Shown here one piece after another: positions 1 through 10,523 of a stretch of 64,000 bases of DNA. The translations under genes were made by a program, and so were the position numbers. The DNA comes from Pseudomonadales bacterium (GTDB taxonomy: Bacteria > Patescibacteriota > Microgenomatia > UBA1400 > PJMF01): assembly GCA_020632255.1 (NCBI GenBank), contig JACKFX010000002.1, positions 82,905-146,904 of the forward strand, written 5' to 3'. Under the pieces are notes generated by a model that was given only the letters and a program-made list of their open reading frames with translations, was not told where the DNA came from and ran no database searches. Positions within the stretch are counted from its first letter, which is position 1, and each line of letters starts with the position of its first letter.

Positions 1-833
1 AAAAGTGGCGCTGCAAGGAAGGTAGAAGAATATGTTCCAACAACCGCACCAACTAAGAGGGCAACTGAGAACCAGCGAATGGTTTCTCCACCAAGCAAAA
101 CGAGAGCTGCTAACATTACAATGATGGTCACCGAATTATTAATCGAGCGACTAACGGTTTCGACAATGGCATCATTTACAGTGGTCTCAAATACCTGACG
201 GCGATTCTTTTGTTTCAGTTCCAAAATACGATGGAAAACCACCACGGTGTCATGAATTGAGAAGGATAACGTAGTCAGCAAGGCCGTCACAAACAAAACA
301 TCAACATAAACATCGTAATAGTGACCAAGCAAACTGAAAACACCAAGTAAAATTAATGAGTCATGTAACATTGCGGTAACAGCACAAACACCGTATTTGA
401 GCTCAGAGAACTGTCTCCATACGTAGAGAGTAATCACACCTGCAACCAAAACAATCGCAATTCCTGTCTTATACAGTAACTCACCACTAATAGTTGGTCC
501 CACAACTTCAAATCGAATCACCTCTGTCTGACCAGTCTTTTGTGCAAGGGCTGTTAAAATTGGTTCCTGTGAATCAGCAGGAATGGTTGGACCTTTTAAG
601 AGCACCTGCTTTTCACCAGAAAACTGAATGCTCGTTGGCTGGTACACATCTTGCAGAGTAGCGTAGAGATCATCTACAGGATAATCAGTATTCTCAACTG
701 AAACTTCAATGAGTGATCCACCTGTAAAATCTACTGAGGGTTTGAGACGAAAGACAGCCAAAGAGACAAGGCTGATTAAGACCAAAGCAGTAGAAAACAA
801 AAAGTAGAGTTTTCGATACTTCATAATGTTCAT
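1..833 (-). CDS. secF: Protein translocase subunit SecF; the 3' end is cut by the window edge. Its ATG at 833..831 overlaps the secD TGA stop as ATGA.
   Basis: Minus-strand translation from 833 gives MNIMKYRKLYFLFSTALVLISL... with multiple TM segments and no stop before position 1. Position immediately downstream of secD matches the usual secDF order. Not in the ORF track because it is an edge ORF. Confidence 0.75.
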   Translation of the reverse strand, partial: MNIMKYRKLYFLFSTALVLISLVSLAVFRLKPSVDFTGGSLIEVSVENTDYPVDDLYATLQDVYQPTSIQFSGEKQVLLKGPTIPADSQEPILTALAQKTGQTEVIRFEVVGPTISGELLYKTGIAIVLVAGVITLYVWRQFSELKYGVCAVTAMLHDSLILLGVFSLLGHYYDVYVDVLFVTALLTTLSFSIHDTVVVFHRILELKQKNRRQVFETTVNDAIVETVSRSINNSVTIIVMLAALVLLGGETIRWFSVALLVGAVVGTYSSTFLAAPL

Positions 834-2227
834 TTGGCACCTCCACTCTTCTTCACAGTCATTTTTTCGGTAATAAAGAGGCGCATCAAAGTACGGGTGA
901 CAATCACACCAGTGAAGAGACCTAAAAGCACACCTATAAGCAAGGTGATACCAAATCCTCTCACCAAACCACTCCTGTTAAGGAAGGCAAAATCCATTGG
1001 ATTAATCAGCACCAAAGCTGTAAAAATCGTGATGATGTTTGCATCCTTAATGCTATCCCAAGCCTTGCCAAAACCGGTTTCCATGGCTACTGTAAATGGT
1101 TTAGCTTTGCGCAGCTCTTCCTTCATACGCTCAAAAATCAAAATATTCGCATCCACCGCCATACCAATGGAAAGCAAAAGACCGGCAATACCAGGAAGTG
1201 TGAGTGTTACTCCAATAATCTTGTAGAGAGCCAGGGTCACAACTGCATAAATAGCTAGTGCCACACTGGCAACAACTCCTTGAGCACCATAGTAGAGAAT
1301 CATAAAGAGCATGACGAGACCAATACCCACTACTCCTGCCTGAATACTATTCTTAACAGACTCCTCTCCAAGTGAGGCACCTAGGGTGCGGAGTTCAAGC
1401 ACAGAGATTGGTACGGGTAGCGCTCCAGCATTTAACTGCACCGAAAGCTGTTCTGCTTCTTCTGGAGTAAAACCCCCTGTAATAGTTGCTTCGCCAGTCA
1501 AAATGGGGGTTTGAATGACTGGGGCCATGATCATACTACCGTCAATAAAAATTCCCATTGGCTCGCCAACGTGATCTGAGGTAATCTCACCAAAAAGCTT
1601 GCTCCCTTCGGCATCAAACTGCAAGGCCACCAATGGCTCGCCAGTATTTTGATCAAACTGTACACTGGATTTTTTAAGCATCTGTCCAGTCAAACCAGTT
1701 GGAACGATGGTGACTCCACCAGAAAGAGAGGCTTCTGGATTTTCCTCAAGATCAACCTGTTCAAACAAGCCAAACTCAAGTTGAGCGGTTTGGCCAACAA
1801 GAGCTAAGGCATCTGCCGAGTTGCTCAACCCGGGTAACTCAACATTTATCCGATAACTGTTGTCATTAACTGAAGTCTGAACTTGCGGTTCTGCAATACC
1901 ATAGAGATCGACACGACGGGAAATGATTTCTTTGGCAGAAGTCAGGGCGTCTGGCCGATCGAGAGCATCAATTTGAGACATATCTGCCTCAAGCACAACC
2001 TGCATACCACCCTGAATATCTAAACCTTGTTTAAACTCAAATTCTTTATAAACCGGGCGTCCAAAAAATGAAAAATTAATCACCGGTGAACCAATGGTGT
2101 AACTCACGTCATGACCAAATGCCGAAAATGAGATCGGCAGTGACTTGGGCAGGGCAATACTGGTTGCAATAACTGTGGTGAGTACAATTCCTAAAAAGAG
2201 TACCTTGGTTCGATCCACTGACTTCAT
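830..2227 (-). CDS. secD: Protein translocase subunit SecD
   Basis: 465 aa. N-terminal TM, large periplasmic domain, C-terminal 6-TM bundle. SecD-like motifs (VDLYGIAEPQVQ, GLDIQGG). Followed by secF. Confidence 0.85.
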   Translation of the reverse strand: MKSVDRTKVLFLGIVLTTVIATSIALPKSLPISFSAFGHDVSYTIGSPVINFSFFGRPVYKEFEFKQGLDIQGGMQVVLEADMSQIDALDRPDALTSAKEIISRRVDLYGIAEPQVQTSVNDNSYRINVELPGLSNSADALALVGQTAQLEFGLFEQVDLEENPEASLSGGVTIVPTGLTGQMLKKSSVQFDQNTGEPLVALQFDAEGSKLFGEITSDHVGEPMGIFIDGSMIMAPVIQTPILTGEATITGGFTPEEAEQLSVQLNAGALPVPISVLELRTLGASLGEESVKNSIQAGVVGIGLVMLFMILYYGAQGVVASVALAIYAVVTLALYKIIGVTLTLPGIAGLLLSIGMAVDANILIFERMKEELRKAKPFTVAMETGFGKAWDSIKDANIITIFTALVLINPMDFAFLNRSGLVRGFGITLLIGVLLGLFTGVIVTRTLMRLFITEKMTVKKSGGAK

Positions 2228-2249
2228 GCGTTCTTTCTAATTGGATGTA

Positions 2250-2849
2250 TTAAAGCCCAGGAATTTTTCGTTCGACAAACTCAACTTCGCTACCAATGAC
2301 CATAACGCGTGTACCATATAAGACATCCATCATGAATGGGTCGCGACGAGTTTTTCTAAACTCAAACTCTTCGTCTGAAAAGACAGCGTAGTTAATTTCT
2401 CTCTCAATTTTCTTTTCTTCTGCTTTTATAAGTTGCTCTAATTCTGGCAAAACAATATCCCCAACAACCAGGAGATCAACTTCTCCTTGACTTGGAGCAA
2501 TACCTTGGACAAACTTTCCAGAAAACATCACAAAACTTACCTGTCCAAGCTTGCGCCTAAACTTTCGAATTTTACCGCCCAACCCTGATGATTTAACTAC
2601 CATTTGCTGAAGCTCTTGGTGATACACATAACGCTTATTCAACTGATAATACAAACGGTTACCACGCTCTTCACTTCGTAACATTCCGTTACCAAGCATG
2701 CGATCTAACTCGCGGCGAACTGCATTGATTTCTTCTTTAATTTCTCGGGTAATCTCACGAACGTAATACATCTCTTCAGGATTTGAGTAAAAGAGCTGAA
2801 CCATTTTGGCTCTGACTCTCGAGATCATGAAATCTTGTAGTTTGCTCAT
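2250..2849 (-). CDS. Winged-helix DNA-binding protein, putative transcriptional regulator, with an uncharacterised C-terminal domain
   Basis: 199 aa. N-terminal wHTH-like region (MYYVREITREIKEEINAVRRELDRMLGNGML). C-terminal region contains DLLVVGD and has no family assignment. Confidence 0.4.
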   Translation of the reverse strand: MSKLQDFMISRVRAKMVQLFYSNPEEMYYVREITREIKEEINAVRRELDRMLGNGMLRSEERGNRLYYQLNKRYVYHQELQQMVVKSSGLGGKIRKFRRKLGQVSFVMFSGKFVQGIAPSQGEVDLLVVGDIVLPELEQLIKAEEKKIEREINYAVFSDEEFEFRKTRRDPFMMDVLYGTRVMVIGSEVEFVERKIPGL

Positions 2850-2874
2850 GTGTTGTGCCTATTCTGCGCTTTTC

Positions 2875-4083
2875 TTAATAGTTAACTGCTGTATTTGTGT
2901 CAAGAACTGAAATCCACGTCAATCCTCGTGCAAGTTCTAAATCATCGCCTTTGTTATCTGTAAAAGTGAGTTCGTCTTCACGGGTCTTCTTGGACCATCG
3001 AGCACTGATAGCTTCACCGTTCTTGAAGACAAGTGCTTTTCCTGTTCCAGTCGTAGTATAAAGCATATGCTTAAGTTCATCGATCGGACCTTTTTCGGTG
3101 GTGAACAAGATAATAACATTGGCTGCACTAATTTGCTTGTCAGTATTAAGATCCACATGAGGTTCTCCTGCCATAGTGCGCTTATACATATCTGTCTCTG
3201 CATCATAACTCCATGCTACACCCCAGTTAGCAAAACCATCCCAAAATTCGTAATCAATTTCAGTCACGTCTCCGTCCGTGGGATTTTCATCCTGGAAACT
3301 CCAACTTGTGTAACCATCCTTCCAATCTTCATCCTTATAAGTAATTCTACCAATTCGACGTGCTGGAGCGATATTGGTCCATTCACGCTCTTCAGCTGCA
3401 TACGTCCAAAGCTTCTCAGTAGTACTTTCCATGGTGTGCTCGGTAGCCACGTCTTTGTCTAAACGATTTGAGTTTCGATAAAAGGTTGGATACCCGATAG
3501 AGAATTGATTCATGTCGTTTTGGAGATTCCATCCATAATCACCCAGTTGACCAAGTGCATCTGCTGGTCCAGGTATATTTGCACCACCAACATGTACATA
3601 GAGTGGGAAGTTAAATCCAGATGCCCAATCAATGAAGTAGCTACGTGCTGAGCGAATAGGAGCTAAGGTGATGTCATAACGTTGAGCATCACAATAAAAA
3701 ATTCCCATAAATCGGGTCACACCCCCTTCTGCAAGAGCTTCAAACACAATGTCAGCGTGAGAGAGACCAGATTGTGGGCGTGCGTCTGGATGGTTCTCAA
3801 TCATGACGGCCAAAGGACGCTTTTGCTCCCAGGCTGCACGCTCTGTTTGAGTGAAGAATTTTCCATTTAACGGACACGCCTGATCTTTTGGTTCAGATGG
3901 ATCAATCTCAAGCAATGCACCAAGGGCTGTCTCTTCGTCTGAATCGACAATCATCTCTGTTTCTTGAACACCACCCAATAACGCAGTTGTAGTTGGACCG
4001 ACTAGGTAGGAAAATGCGGCATACGACACCAATGAAGACAAAAAGTATAAACCGACAATTATTGCTGCTGTTTTCTTATTCAT
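2875..4083 (-). CDS. DUF3048-family secreted or lipoprotein-like protein
   Basis: 402 aa. N-terminal signal/TM. The segment RPLAVMIENHPDARPQSGLSHADIVFEALAEGGVTRF matches the remembered DUF3048 N-domain signature. Confidence 0.55.
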   Translation of the reverse strand: MNKKTAAIIVGLYFLSSLVSYAAFSYLVGPTTTALLGGVQETEMIVDSDEETALGALLEIDPSEPKDQACPLNGKFFTQTERAAWEQKRPLAVMIENHPDARPQSGLSHADIVFEALAEGGVTRFMGIFYCDAQRYDITLAPIRSARSYFIDWASGFNFPLYVHVGGANIPGPADALGQLGDYGWNLQNDMNQFSIGYPTFYRNSNRLDKDVATEHTMESTTEKLWTYAAEEREWTNIAPARRIGRITYKDEDWKDGYTSWSFQDENPTDGDVTEIDYEFWDGFANWGVAWSYDAETDMYKRTMAGEPHVDLNTDKQISAANVIILFTTEKGPIDELKHMLYTTTGTGKALVFKNGEAISARWSKKTREDELTFTDNKGDDLELARGLTWISVLDTNTAVNY

Positions 4084-4092
4084 GAATATCCT

Positions 4093-4377
4093 TTATCGTA
4101 CGTACGCGTATATACCAAAAAGTATACAGAAAACCACTGCTGTAACTATACCAGTTTTGCGAAGATCTTGGTATAGAAGCTTGGTAATTTCTGAACCGAA
4201 ACTTGATTTTACTCCCTTTTGATCCATCAGTGTAGTAGCTTTTTGTTGTTTGGTGGCACTAATTGCATTTTCACCACCAGCTTCTGTTACTACCACTCCT
4301 TCGGCTGAAAAAATAAATTCTGTTGAGCGTTTTTCAGCGGCACGACGTTTTTGAGTTTTTGTTCTTTTTTTGGTCAT
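4093..4377 (-). CDS. Small basic protein with a C-terminal TM anchor; hypothetical
   Basis: 94 aa. Lys/Arg-rich N-terminus and a single C-terminal hydrophobic helix. Tightly packed between rseP and the DUF3048 gene. Confidence 0.35.
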   Translation of the reverse strand: MTKKRTKTQKRRAAEKRSTEFIFSAEGVVVTEAGGENAISATKQQKATTLMDQKGVKSSFGSEITKLLYQDLRKTGIVTAVVFCILFGIYAYVR

Positions 4378-4403
4378 ATATCCTTAGCAATATACTGCAA
4401 CCG

Positions 4404-5531
4404 TTACGTAAATAGTCTAATTACATCCCTGATAGTAATAACAATGATAAGCCCCATTAGCAAGAAATATCCACCATAATTAAGGTAGTACTCTACTTTT
4501 TCCGTTCGTTTTCTGCCCAGCACATACTCTGCCATGAGCAATATGGCTCGCCCTCCATCGAGTGGTGGAATTGGCAACACGTTCATCACTGCAAGATTGA
4601 TAGAAAGCAATGCGGCAAACGAAATGATAGAAATGAAGCCACCAGTTAAAATTCCAGTCTCTTGTGCTTGATGTACAATACCAACTGGTCCAGCAACATC
4701 ATCGGGAACTCTGCGATTGCTGGCAATGTCAGAAACCATGGCACCAAGCGCTCCAACAATTTCTCGACTTAAATCAAATGCTTGTGTAAAGCCAAACGCA
4801 ATTCCTCGAAACGGCATCTGCCATGAAGGATAAAATTGATAGACTACAGATTCAAAAGCCACACCAATTGAACCTTGGTTTTCAGGTGTTTCTTCTGCTG
4901 TCCGAGCATAGACATCAAAAGTTTGCACTCGTTCTTCGCAAGCTAGTGCTTCACAGTTTCCTGTTGTCTGGATTCTGACTGTTTCACCACGATGCTCCAA
5001 GATAGTTTCGATAACATCAGAAACTTCAGGTGTTACAACGTATTCACTCAAATCCTCTCCAACAAACATACCCATAATAGTCACATTTGTTGGAACGCCT
5101 GCTGCTTGAGACGGTGAACCCTCAGAAACTGCCCCAATACGAGCCTCTGTTAACAAATGAGGAATGCCGCTCCGTGTAAATACTGCTGCAAATACGAGAA
5201 CCCCAAAGAAAAAGTTAACTCCTGGACCAGCTAAAATAATCAACAACTTCTTCCAAGTGTCAGCGGCATAAAACTCTCCGCCCTCAGACTTCTTCTCAGA
5301 GCTACCTTCAATAACTCCTTCTTCACCTCTCATTCGCACAAATCCACCAAATGGAATCCAGTTGAGAGTAAAATCGGTGCCTCGCCAGTTGAAAAGTTTG
5401 AAGGCTTTTGGAGGGTACCCAATACCAAATTCTTCAACAACAACCCCAGAGCGAATTGCGGCAATAAAATGCCCTAGTTCATGTATGAACACCAAAAATG
5501 AGAGAACAAGGATGAAGATAACGATAGACAT
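4404..5531 (-). CDS. rseP: Site-2 protease, M50 family zinc metalloprotease (RseP-like)
   Basis: 375 aa. HELGH zinc motif inside the first TM helix, a PDZ-like middle region and a C-terminal LDGG motif. Typical frr-rseP neighbourhood. Confidence 0.85.
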   Translation of the reverse strand: MSIVIFILVLSFLVFIHELGHFIAAIRSGVVVEEFGIGYPPKAFKLFNWRGTDFTLNWIPFGGFVRMRGEEGVIEGSSEKKSEGGEFYAADTWKKLLIILAGPGVNFFFGVLVFAAVFTRSGIPHLLTEARIGAVSEGSPSQAAGVPTNVTIMGMFVGEDLSEYVVTPEVSDVIETILEHRGETVRIQTTGNCEALACEERVQTFDVYARTAEETPENQGSIGVAFESVVYQFYPSWQMPFRGIAFGFTQAFDLSREIVGALGAMVSDIASNRRVPDDVAGPVGIVHQAQETGILTGGFISIISFAALLSINLAVMNVLPIPPLDGGRAILLMAEYVLGRKRTEKVEYYLNYGGYFLLMGLIIVITIRDVIRLFT

Positions 5532-5532
5532 A

Positions 5533-6087
5533 TTAGACAGTCATTAAATCTTTTTCTTTTGAAGCGTAGATCTCGTCTAACTTTGTATTATACTCTTGGA
5601 TCATTTCCTCGAGTGACTCAACGTCACGCTTGATGTCATCTTCACTAATACCATCATTACCTTCTTGAGACTCAATATCTTTTTTTGCGTCGGTACGAAT
5701 AGTGCGAAGCATTACCCGACCTGCCTCAATCTTCTTGGCGAGCGACTTGACCATCTCTTTGCGCTTCTCTTCTGTAAGAGGAGCAATGGCAATGCGAATA
5801 ATATCTCCATTAACAACTGGATTCAAGTTAAGATCTGCGGTAGCAATTGCTCTTTCGACAGCAACTAACAGTGACTTATCCCAAGGAGACACAACTAATA
5901 ACGTGGGGTCTGGTACCTGCACTGAGGCAACTTCCACAATCTTCATTTTGGCTCCGTAGGCATCAACCATGACAGGATCAAGAATTTGGGTAGTTGCTCG
6001 CCCAGTACGCAATGTCGCAATGTCTCGGCGAACATGCTCGAGAGCCTTGTCTAGTTTTTCAGTAATTTGAGTAAAAGAGTTTGACAT
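5533..6087 (-). CDS. frr: Ribosome recycling factor
   Basis: 184 aa. Full-length similarity to Frr (TLRTGRA..., LTEERRKE-like segment). Confidence 0.9.
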   Translation of the reverse strand: MSNSFTQITEKLDKALEHVRRDIATLRTGRATTQILDPVMVDAYGAKMKIVEVASVQVPDPTLLVVSPWDKSLLVAVERAIATADLNLNPVVNGDIIRIAIAPLTEEKRKEMVKSLAKKIEAGRVMLRTIRTDAKKDIESQEGNDGISEDDIKRDVESLEEMIQEYNTKLDEIYASKEKDLMTV

Positions 6088-6123
6088 TGATACTTTCTTG
6101 CTTGGACTGTGTGTCTTAATTAG

Positions 6124-7053
6124 ATGAGCCTTATTGTATCAAACTTTGCAATGACTTCACAGACAAGATATAATCCAAGTATGAAACTTTCTCTCCTCTA
6201 TGAGATCCTCGCGCACTCGGTCACTTCAATTAAGCGATACAACCACTTGCTACTCCTTAAAAACAAAACTATTGTACTCTACTTTTTCTTTTGGATGGGG
6301 TTAATGTCTATTGCCCAAGGCATTCATGCGGGTGTTTTTTTTGTGCCAAAGTTTTTTTCAGAATTAACTGGGCAAATTGACACACTGGTTGCCAACTATC
6401 CCGATGACTTATTCTTTAAATGGGATGGCAACTCTATTATCACTTCCAGTTATGAAACGCTCGAAGTACCCTATCCAGACGGATTTGATCCGACTGAATA
6501 CTATCTCCCCGCACATTTTTTCTATTTTACTTCCTCAGAAGTTGAAAACCCTCAAGAAGAATTTGGTACCTATTTTATGGTTGCCACCCCCACACAATTC
6601 CACATGCAAGAAGAAAACACCACTTGGTCAACAACTCCGTACAGTGAAATGTTGACAGATATGCCCTCTACTACACTGACAGTTGAGGGAGTGCGGGCGC
6701 TCGGCGAGCTGTGGCATGAAACTGCGGGTTCCCTGCAAAAGTATGCTCAGGTTGCGGTGGGCATGTTAGTCAGTGCTGGCACACTTTTTAACACAATTGT
6801 TGTGCTTCTGATTAGAACCATTTTAATTTTTATGGTCGTCAAATTCCTAGTCAGAATTAAAACAACGTACAAAAAAACACTCAAACTTGCAGCTCTCTTT
6901 ACCGTGCCAGCCACAATCGTTCAAACCCTGGTTATCTACCTCTATGGTTCGGATTTCTATGGTGTCTCAGGACTAACCTTTTGGATCCTGTTTGTTCTGT
7001 ATATTTGGTTCGGAAAAGTCACAATCAAACACATCAAAACAAAAAGAAACTAG
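6124..7053 (+). CDS. Polytopic membrane protein; hypothetical. An alternative start is at 6181.
   Basis: 309 aa ORF transcribed divergently from frr, with several predicted TM helices. No family recognised. Confidence 0.45.
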   Translation: MSLIVSNFAMTSQTRYNPSMKLSLLYEILAHSVTSIKRYNHLLLLKNKTIVLYFFFWMGLMSIAQGIHAGVFFVPKFFSELTGQIDTLVANYPDDLFFKWDGNSIITSSYETLEVPYPDGFDPTEYYLPAHFFYFTSSEVENPQEEFGTYFMVATPTQFHMQEENTTWSTTPYSEMLTDMPSTTLTVEGVRALGELWHETAGSLQKYAQVAVGMLVSAGTLFNTIVVLLIRTILIFMVVKFLVRIKTTYKKTLKLAALFTVPATIVQTLVIYLYGSDFYGVSGLTFWILFVLYIWFGKVTIKHIKTKRN

Positions 7054-7062
7054 GATGGGCAT

Positions 7063-7452
7063 TTAATTCTGGATTGGATCCAGTTGGATACTCATGTTAA
7101 CTGGAGGAAACACCAGCGTCTGATTACTAGGATCTGCTTCTGTTAGTTCATCCTGCAGGTTTTCAACGCGATCCCGAAGTGGATTATCTTTGACAATAGT
7201 TGGAGATGGAGAAGGAGATGCTTCTAGAACTTGTTCTACTTGTGGCTTTCTGCCAACAATCATTAAAACTAGTATCAGCAGCAGAAAGACCCCAAAAACT
7301 GAAGCTCCAATAATAAGCACCTTCTTTTTCTTCTTAGGCTGAGCCTGTTCATTCTCAACAGGAACCTGAGGCATCTGTGGAGTGGTGACATTCTGAAAGA
7401 GGACTTCTTCTTCGGCAAATTGTGTCTGGTTGGTATCGTACTGATGTATCAT
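7063..7452 (-). CDS. Single-pass membrane protein, Pro/Gln-rich; hypothetical
   Basis: 129 aa with a K-rich stretch followed by a TM helix (VLIIGASVFGVFLLLILVLMIV). Confidence 0.35.
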   Translation of the reverse strand: MIHQYDTNQTQFAEEEVLFQNVTTPQMPQVPVENEQAQPKKKKKVLIIGASVFGVFLLLILVLMIVGRKPQVEQVLEASPSPSPTIVKDNPLRDRVENLQDELTEADPSNQTLVFPPVNMSIQLDPIQN

Positions 7453-8249
7453 AAACTAAGTAACTCCTCTAAGAAACCAATGGCCTTTTGGGCTGATACA
7501 TAGGGCTCATTTATTGATTTAGACTGTTGAGTATACTGCCCCTTAAGAAACTCCTTTTCTACTGTGTATTTTTGTGAAAGTAACTCTAAGAGCGCTGCTT
7601 CGGTGGCTTCAATATGAGTACTGGTTTCGGTATAGGCACGTTCACGCTTAGCAGTTACCAAAGAAGTGGCTTTCTCGGCTTCATGCGCCTTTTTAATATC
7701 TGCCAACAAAGTTCTGGCTTTATCATTAACAGTTTGTACCTTGCCAACTTCAATGAGCAGTCGTGAACGGTAGACTGCGTCTTCAATGAACAATTGTTTC
7801 AGCGAGAAATCAGTCACCACGGTAGCTATGGCTGCACGGTCATTTGCAATCAGCACCGCATCCTCATGTGTCTTCAGATATGCTAACTGCGTATCAAGCC
7901 GCTCGAGTGCGTCATCCTTTAATGTCAGATTAATACCATGTTGGGCGTACAACTCTGTGCGTAAAATTGTCAAGTAAGTAGTCAATACCTTAGTTCGTGC
8001 CAAGAGCGCATTACGTGTGCCAGAAACAGCTTGTTCGAGTGAAGCTAAGGTTTGCAACTTAAAGTACTGTTCTTTAGCGACTTCAAACGTTCTCTCGGAG
8101 TCACGATACGCACTAATTTGGTCTCGGTATAACTGAAGTGTATCTTCCGATACTGCCGATTGTGCAAACACTATCCTTGGCACCAGACATAACGCCAGAA
8201 TAAACGCGCCAACTGTGAGAGATAGTTTCCAAGTTGTTGATTTGTACAT
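7449..8249 (-). CDS. Secreted coiled-coil protein; hypothetical. The track ORF extends to 8354; the start was trimmed to MYKS.
   Basis: MYKSTTWKLSLTVGAFILALCLVPRIVFAQS is a canonical Sec signal peptide. The rest is heptad-rich. The track start at 8354 would overlap rmlA by about 100 nt. Confidence 0.5.
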   Translation of the reverse strand: MYKSTTWKLSLTVGAFILALCLVPRIVFAQSAVSEDTLQLYRDQISAYRDSERTFEVAKEQYFKLQTLASLEQAVSGTRNALLARTKVLTTYLTILRTELYAQHGINLTLKDDALERLDTQLAYLKTHEDAVLIANDRAAIATVVTDFSLKQLFIEDAVYRSRLLIEVGKVQTVNDKARTLLADIKKAHEAEKATSLVTAKRERAYTETSTHIEATEAALLELLSQKYTVEKEFLKGQYTQQSKSINEPYVSAQKAIGFLEELLSL

Positions 8250-8256
8250 CAGCTTA

Positions 8257-8979
8257 TTATGCCACTTTTGACCGGTCACGAGCAAACTCAATAGCTGCAT
8301 GAAGTGACTCGAAAGTACCCGTGTCAAACCACTCACCTTCAACAAAGGCAACATCCAGTGTGCCTTCCTTGAGGTACAGGTTGTTTATATCTGTGATTTC
8401 AAGCTCTCCTCGTGGAGATGGGGCCAAATTCTTGGCTTTTTCAACAACTGAGTTGTCATAGATATACAAACCTGTCACCGCATAATCTGATTTTGGCTGC
8501 TCCGGTTTCTCTTCAATTGAAAGTGCTTTTTGGTTTTCATCAAACTCAACTACACCAAATCGATTTGGGTCGCTGACTTTTTTTGCAAACACCCGACCAC
8601 CATTTTTAAATGATTGTATTTCTTCTGAAAAATCTTGTTCGTACACGTTGTCACCAAGAATAAGGGTAACTGCATCTTTACCTATAAAGTTTTCTCCTAT
8701 TAGAAATGCCTGAGCAAGTCCCTCAGGCTTGTCTTGAATTTCATAGGTAAACTTACAACCAAACTCCTTACCACTGCCTAAGAGTTTTAAAAAGTCACCA
8801 GCATGATCTGGAGCCACAATGATCAGAATATCGGTGATACCTGCTGTCAAAAGAGTTTGCAGTGGATAGTAAATCATTGGCTTATCATAGATAGGCAACA
8901 ACTGTTTACTGGTAACACGCGTAAGCGGACTAAGGCGTGTACCTGATCCACCGGCGAGAATAATACCTTTCATACCCAA
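8257..8979 (-). CDS. rmlA: Glucose-1-phosphate thymidylyltransferase, short form (sugar nucleotidyltransferase)
   Basis: 240 aa. Close match across the length to RmlA/RfbA: [65 protein letters not shown]. Confidence 0.85.
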   Translation of the reverse strand: MGMKGIILAGGSGTRLSPLTRVTSKQLLPIYDKPMIYYPLQTLLTAGITDILIIVAPDHAGDFLKLLGSGKEFGCKFTYEIQDKPEGLAQAFLIGENFIGKDAVTLILGDNVYEQDFSEEIQSFKNGGRVFAKKVSDPNRFGVVEFDENQKALSIEEKPEQPKSDYAVTGLYIYDNSVVEKAKNLAPSPRGELEITDINNLYLKEGTLDVAFVEGEWFDTGTFESLHAAIEFARDRSKVA

Positions 8980-9042
8980 CTCCTTTGTTTACTAGATTGT
9001 ATGATTTTGTAATACTTGCAAAAGTAGTGTATCACTTCGATC

Positions 9043-9300
9043 TTAAAAGGTCACCATTAAAAGCAAAAAGGTGGCTAAGGCAGCAACCCCGAGATACTCA
9101 AAAAAAACATGTGGTGAGATGTGTCGAGTTTTAACATGACTTATCACCCCCCAAGAAAAGTAAAACATACCCAAGGCAATGCTCATCATTCTCTGTTTTG
9201 TATGGTCTGGCCAAAACATAAAAAAGAGCACCAAAAACACAGCAAATCCAAAAAACAAGATTGAGTATGAAACCAGATGACGTTTGAATTCAGTAAACAT
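9043..9300 (-). CDS. Small membrane protein; hypothetical
   Basis: 85 aa with two or three hydrophobic helices. Its start overlaps the stop of the upstream CAP-domain gene by 1 nt. Confidence 0.35.
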   Translation of the reverse strand: MFTEFKRHLVSYSILFFGFAVFLVLFFMFWPDHTKQRMMSIALGMFYFSWGVISHVKTRHISPHVFFEYLGVAALATFLLLMVTF

Positions 9301-10334
9301 TAGCTAATCACTCCTCCCCTAAAGAATATGAGTACATATAAAACAATTAAAAATAGCGCTAAATGGGCTAAATTTTTACCAACAATACGAGCGATTCGTC
9401 GGTTATGAGCGATGAGCCCATCGTACGTTAAGGTGAAAAGCAAAAGAAGTGCAACAGCAATACCGAATGCTTTCCAGAGATTGTTTGGAGCAATCATAGG
9501 ACCTACAGATATCTCACCCCCTGGAACTACAATCGTTGACAGGACTTGTACTGGTCCGTCTGCTACAGATGGCTCCTCTTGAAATTCTAGTGCAACAAAA
9601 TCGTCTGCAACTGGAGCTTCTTCTGCTCTTGTTGCATCCCTAGTCTCTTCAACATTTTGTGTTCCCGCAATTTCAGCACTAGGATTCTGATTCTGAGCCA
9701 CAGCCACTGGGGACGTGGTTGGCTCTGGAACTTCTGCCGTGGCAATGACTGGGTCACCAAACATTTGCACAACGAGTGTTGTCTCGGTACCTAAGAGCGT
9801 TCCATTCACCACGGCAACTCCGATTTCTGAGTATCGCGGATTCATAATATTGGCACGATGGGTTGGTGAGTTCATCCAAGCTGCGACCATGCTTGGAGTG
9901 TCTAAAAAGTCTCTGGCCAGGTTTTCTCCTGCAACTTTATAGGTATACCTCACTTCACGCATAAAATCCCAGGGCTCTTTTCCACTGGGAGAAGTATGTG
10001 CCCAATATTGGGCAGAAAACATATCGGCAGCTTTGCGACGCGCTGCATCACTAAGAACCGGATTGTAGCTCACTTGTTGCAAACCAGATTTTGCACGTTC
10101 TTGATTGGTATACTGAATAACTTTATCGGTAGTGATGTCAGAAGCATACCCTAAAATGTGACCAAGTTCGGTATCCGAAAAAGAAATGGCATAGGTAACA
10201 ATAAAGAAGGCAATAGTTGTCCCCAACAACCCAAATAAATATTCAGGATGCAACAACTTGGAGCGATGATTGTTTGACCGTCGGGGATGAAATAAATGTT
10301 TAAATGATTTCTTGAGTGATTTCTTGACTGACAC
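9300..10334 (-). CDS. CAP/SCP/PR-1-like domain protein (YkwD-like), membrane-anchored
   Basis: 344 aa. CAP domain signatures (YTNQERAKSGL, HTSPSGKEPWDF, GENLARDF, MNSPTHRANIMNPRYSEIGVAVV). N-terminal TM and a C-terminal hydrophobic segment. Confidence 0.65.
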   Translation of the reverse strand: MSVKKSLKKSFKHLFHPRRSNNHRSKLLHPEYLFGLLGTTIAFFIVTYAISFSDTELGHILGYASDITTDKVIQYTNQERAKSGLQQVSYNPVLSDAARRKAADMFSAQYWAHTSPSGKEPWDFMREVRYTYKVAGENLARDFLDTPSMVAAWMNSPTHRANIMNPRYSEIGVAVVNGTLLGTETTLVVQMFGDPVIATAEVPEPTTSPVAVAQNQNPSAEIAGTQNVEETRDATRAEEAPVADDFVALEFQEEPSVADGPVQVLSTIVVPGGEISVGPMIAPNNLWKAFGIAVALLLLFTLTYDGLIAHNRRIARIVGKNLAHLALFLIVLYVLIFFRGGVIS

Positions 10335-10523
10335 ATGCTCATTATGCAGGTTTTTTTACTGAGTTTCAACAGAGTTGTGGCAAAGTACACTTTATTGTCA
10401 ATTTTGCATCTTTTTGTGTAATTTTGAAGACACAGATTTGCGATAGTAGCAGTAGCTACTTGAGTAAAGATGTAACACTCAAAATTGCCAAAGAGATGTG
10501 AAAGTGCAATGAATGTTAATTTG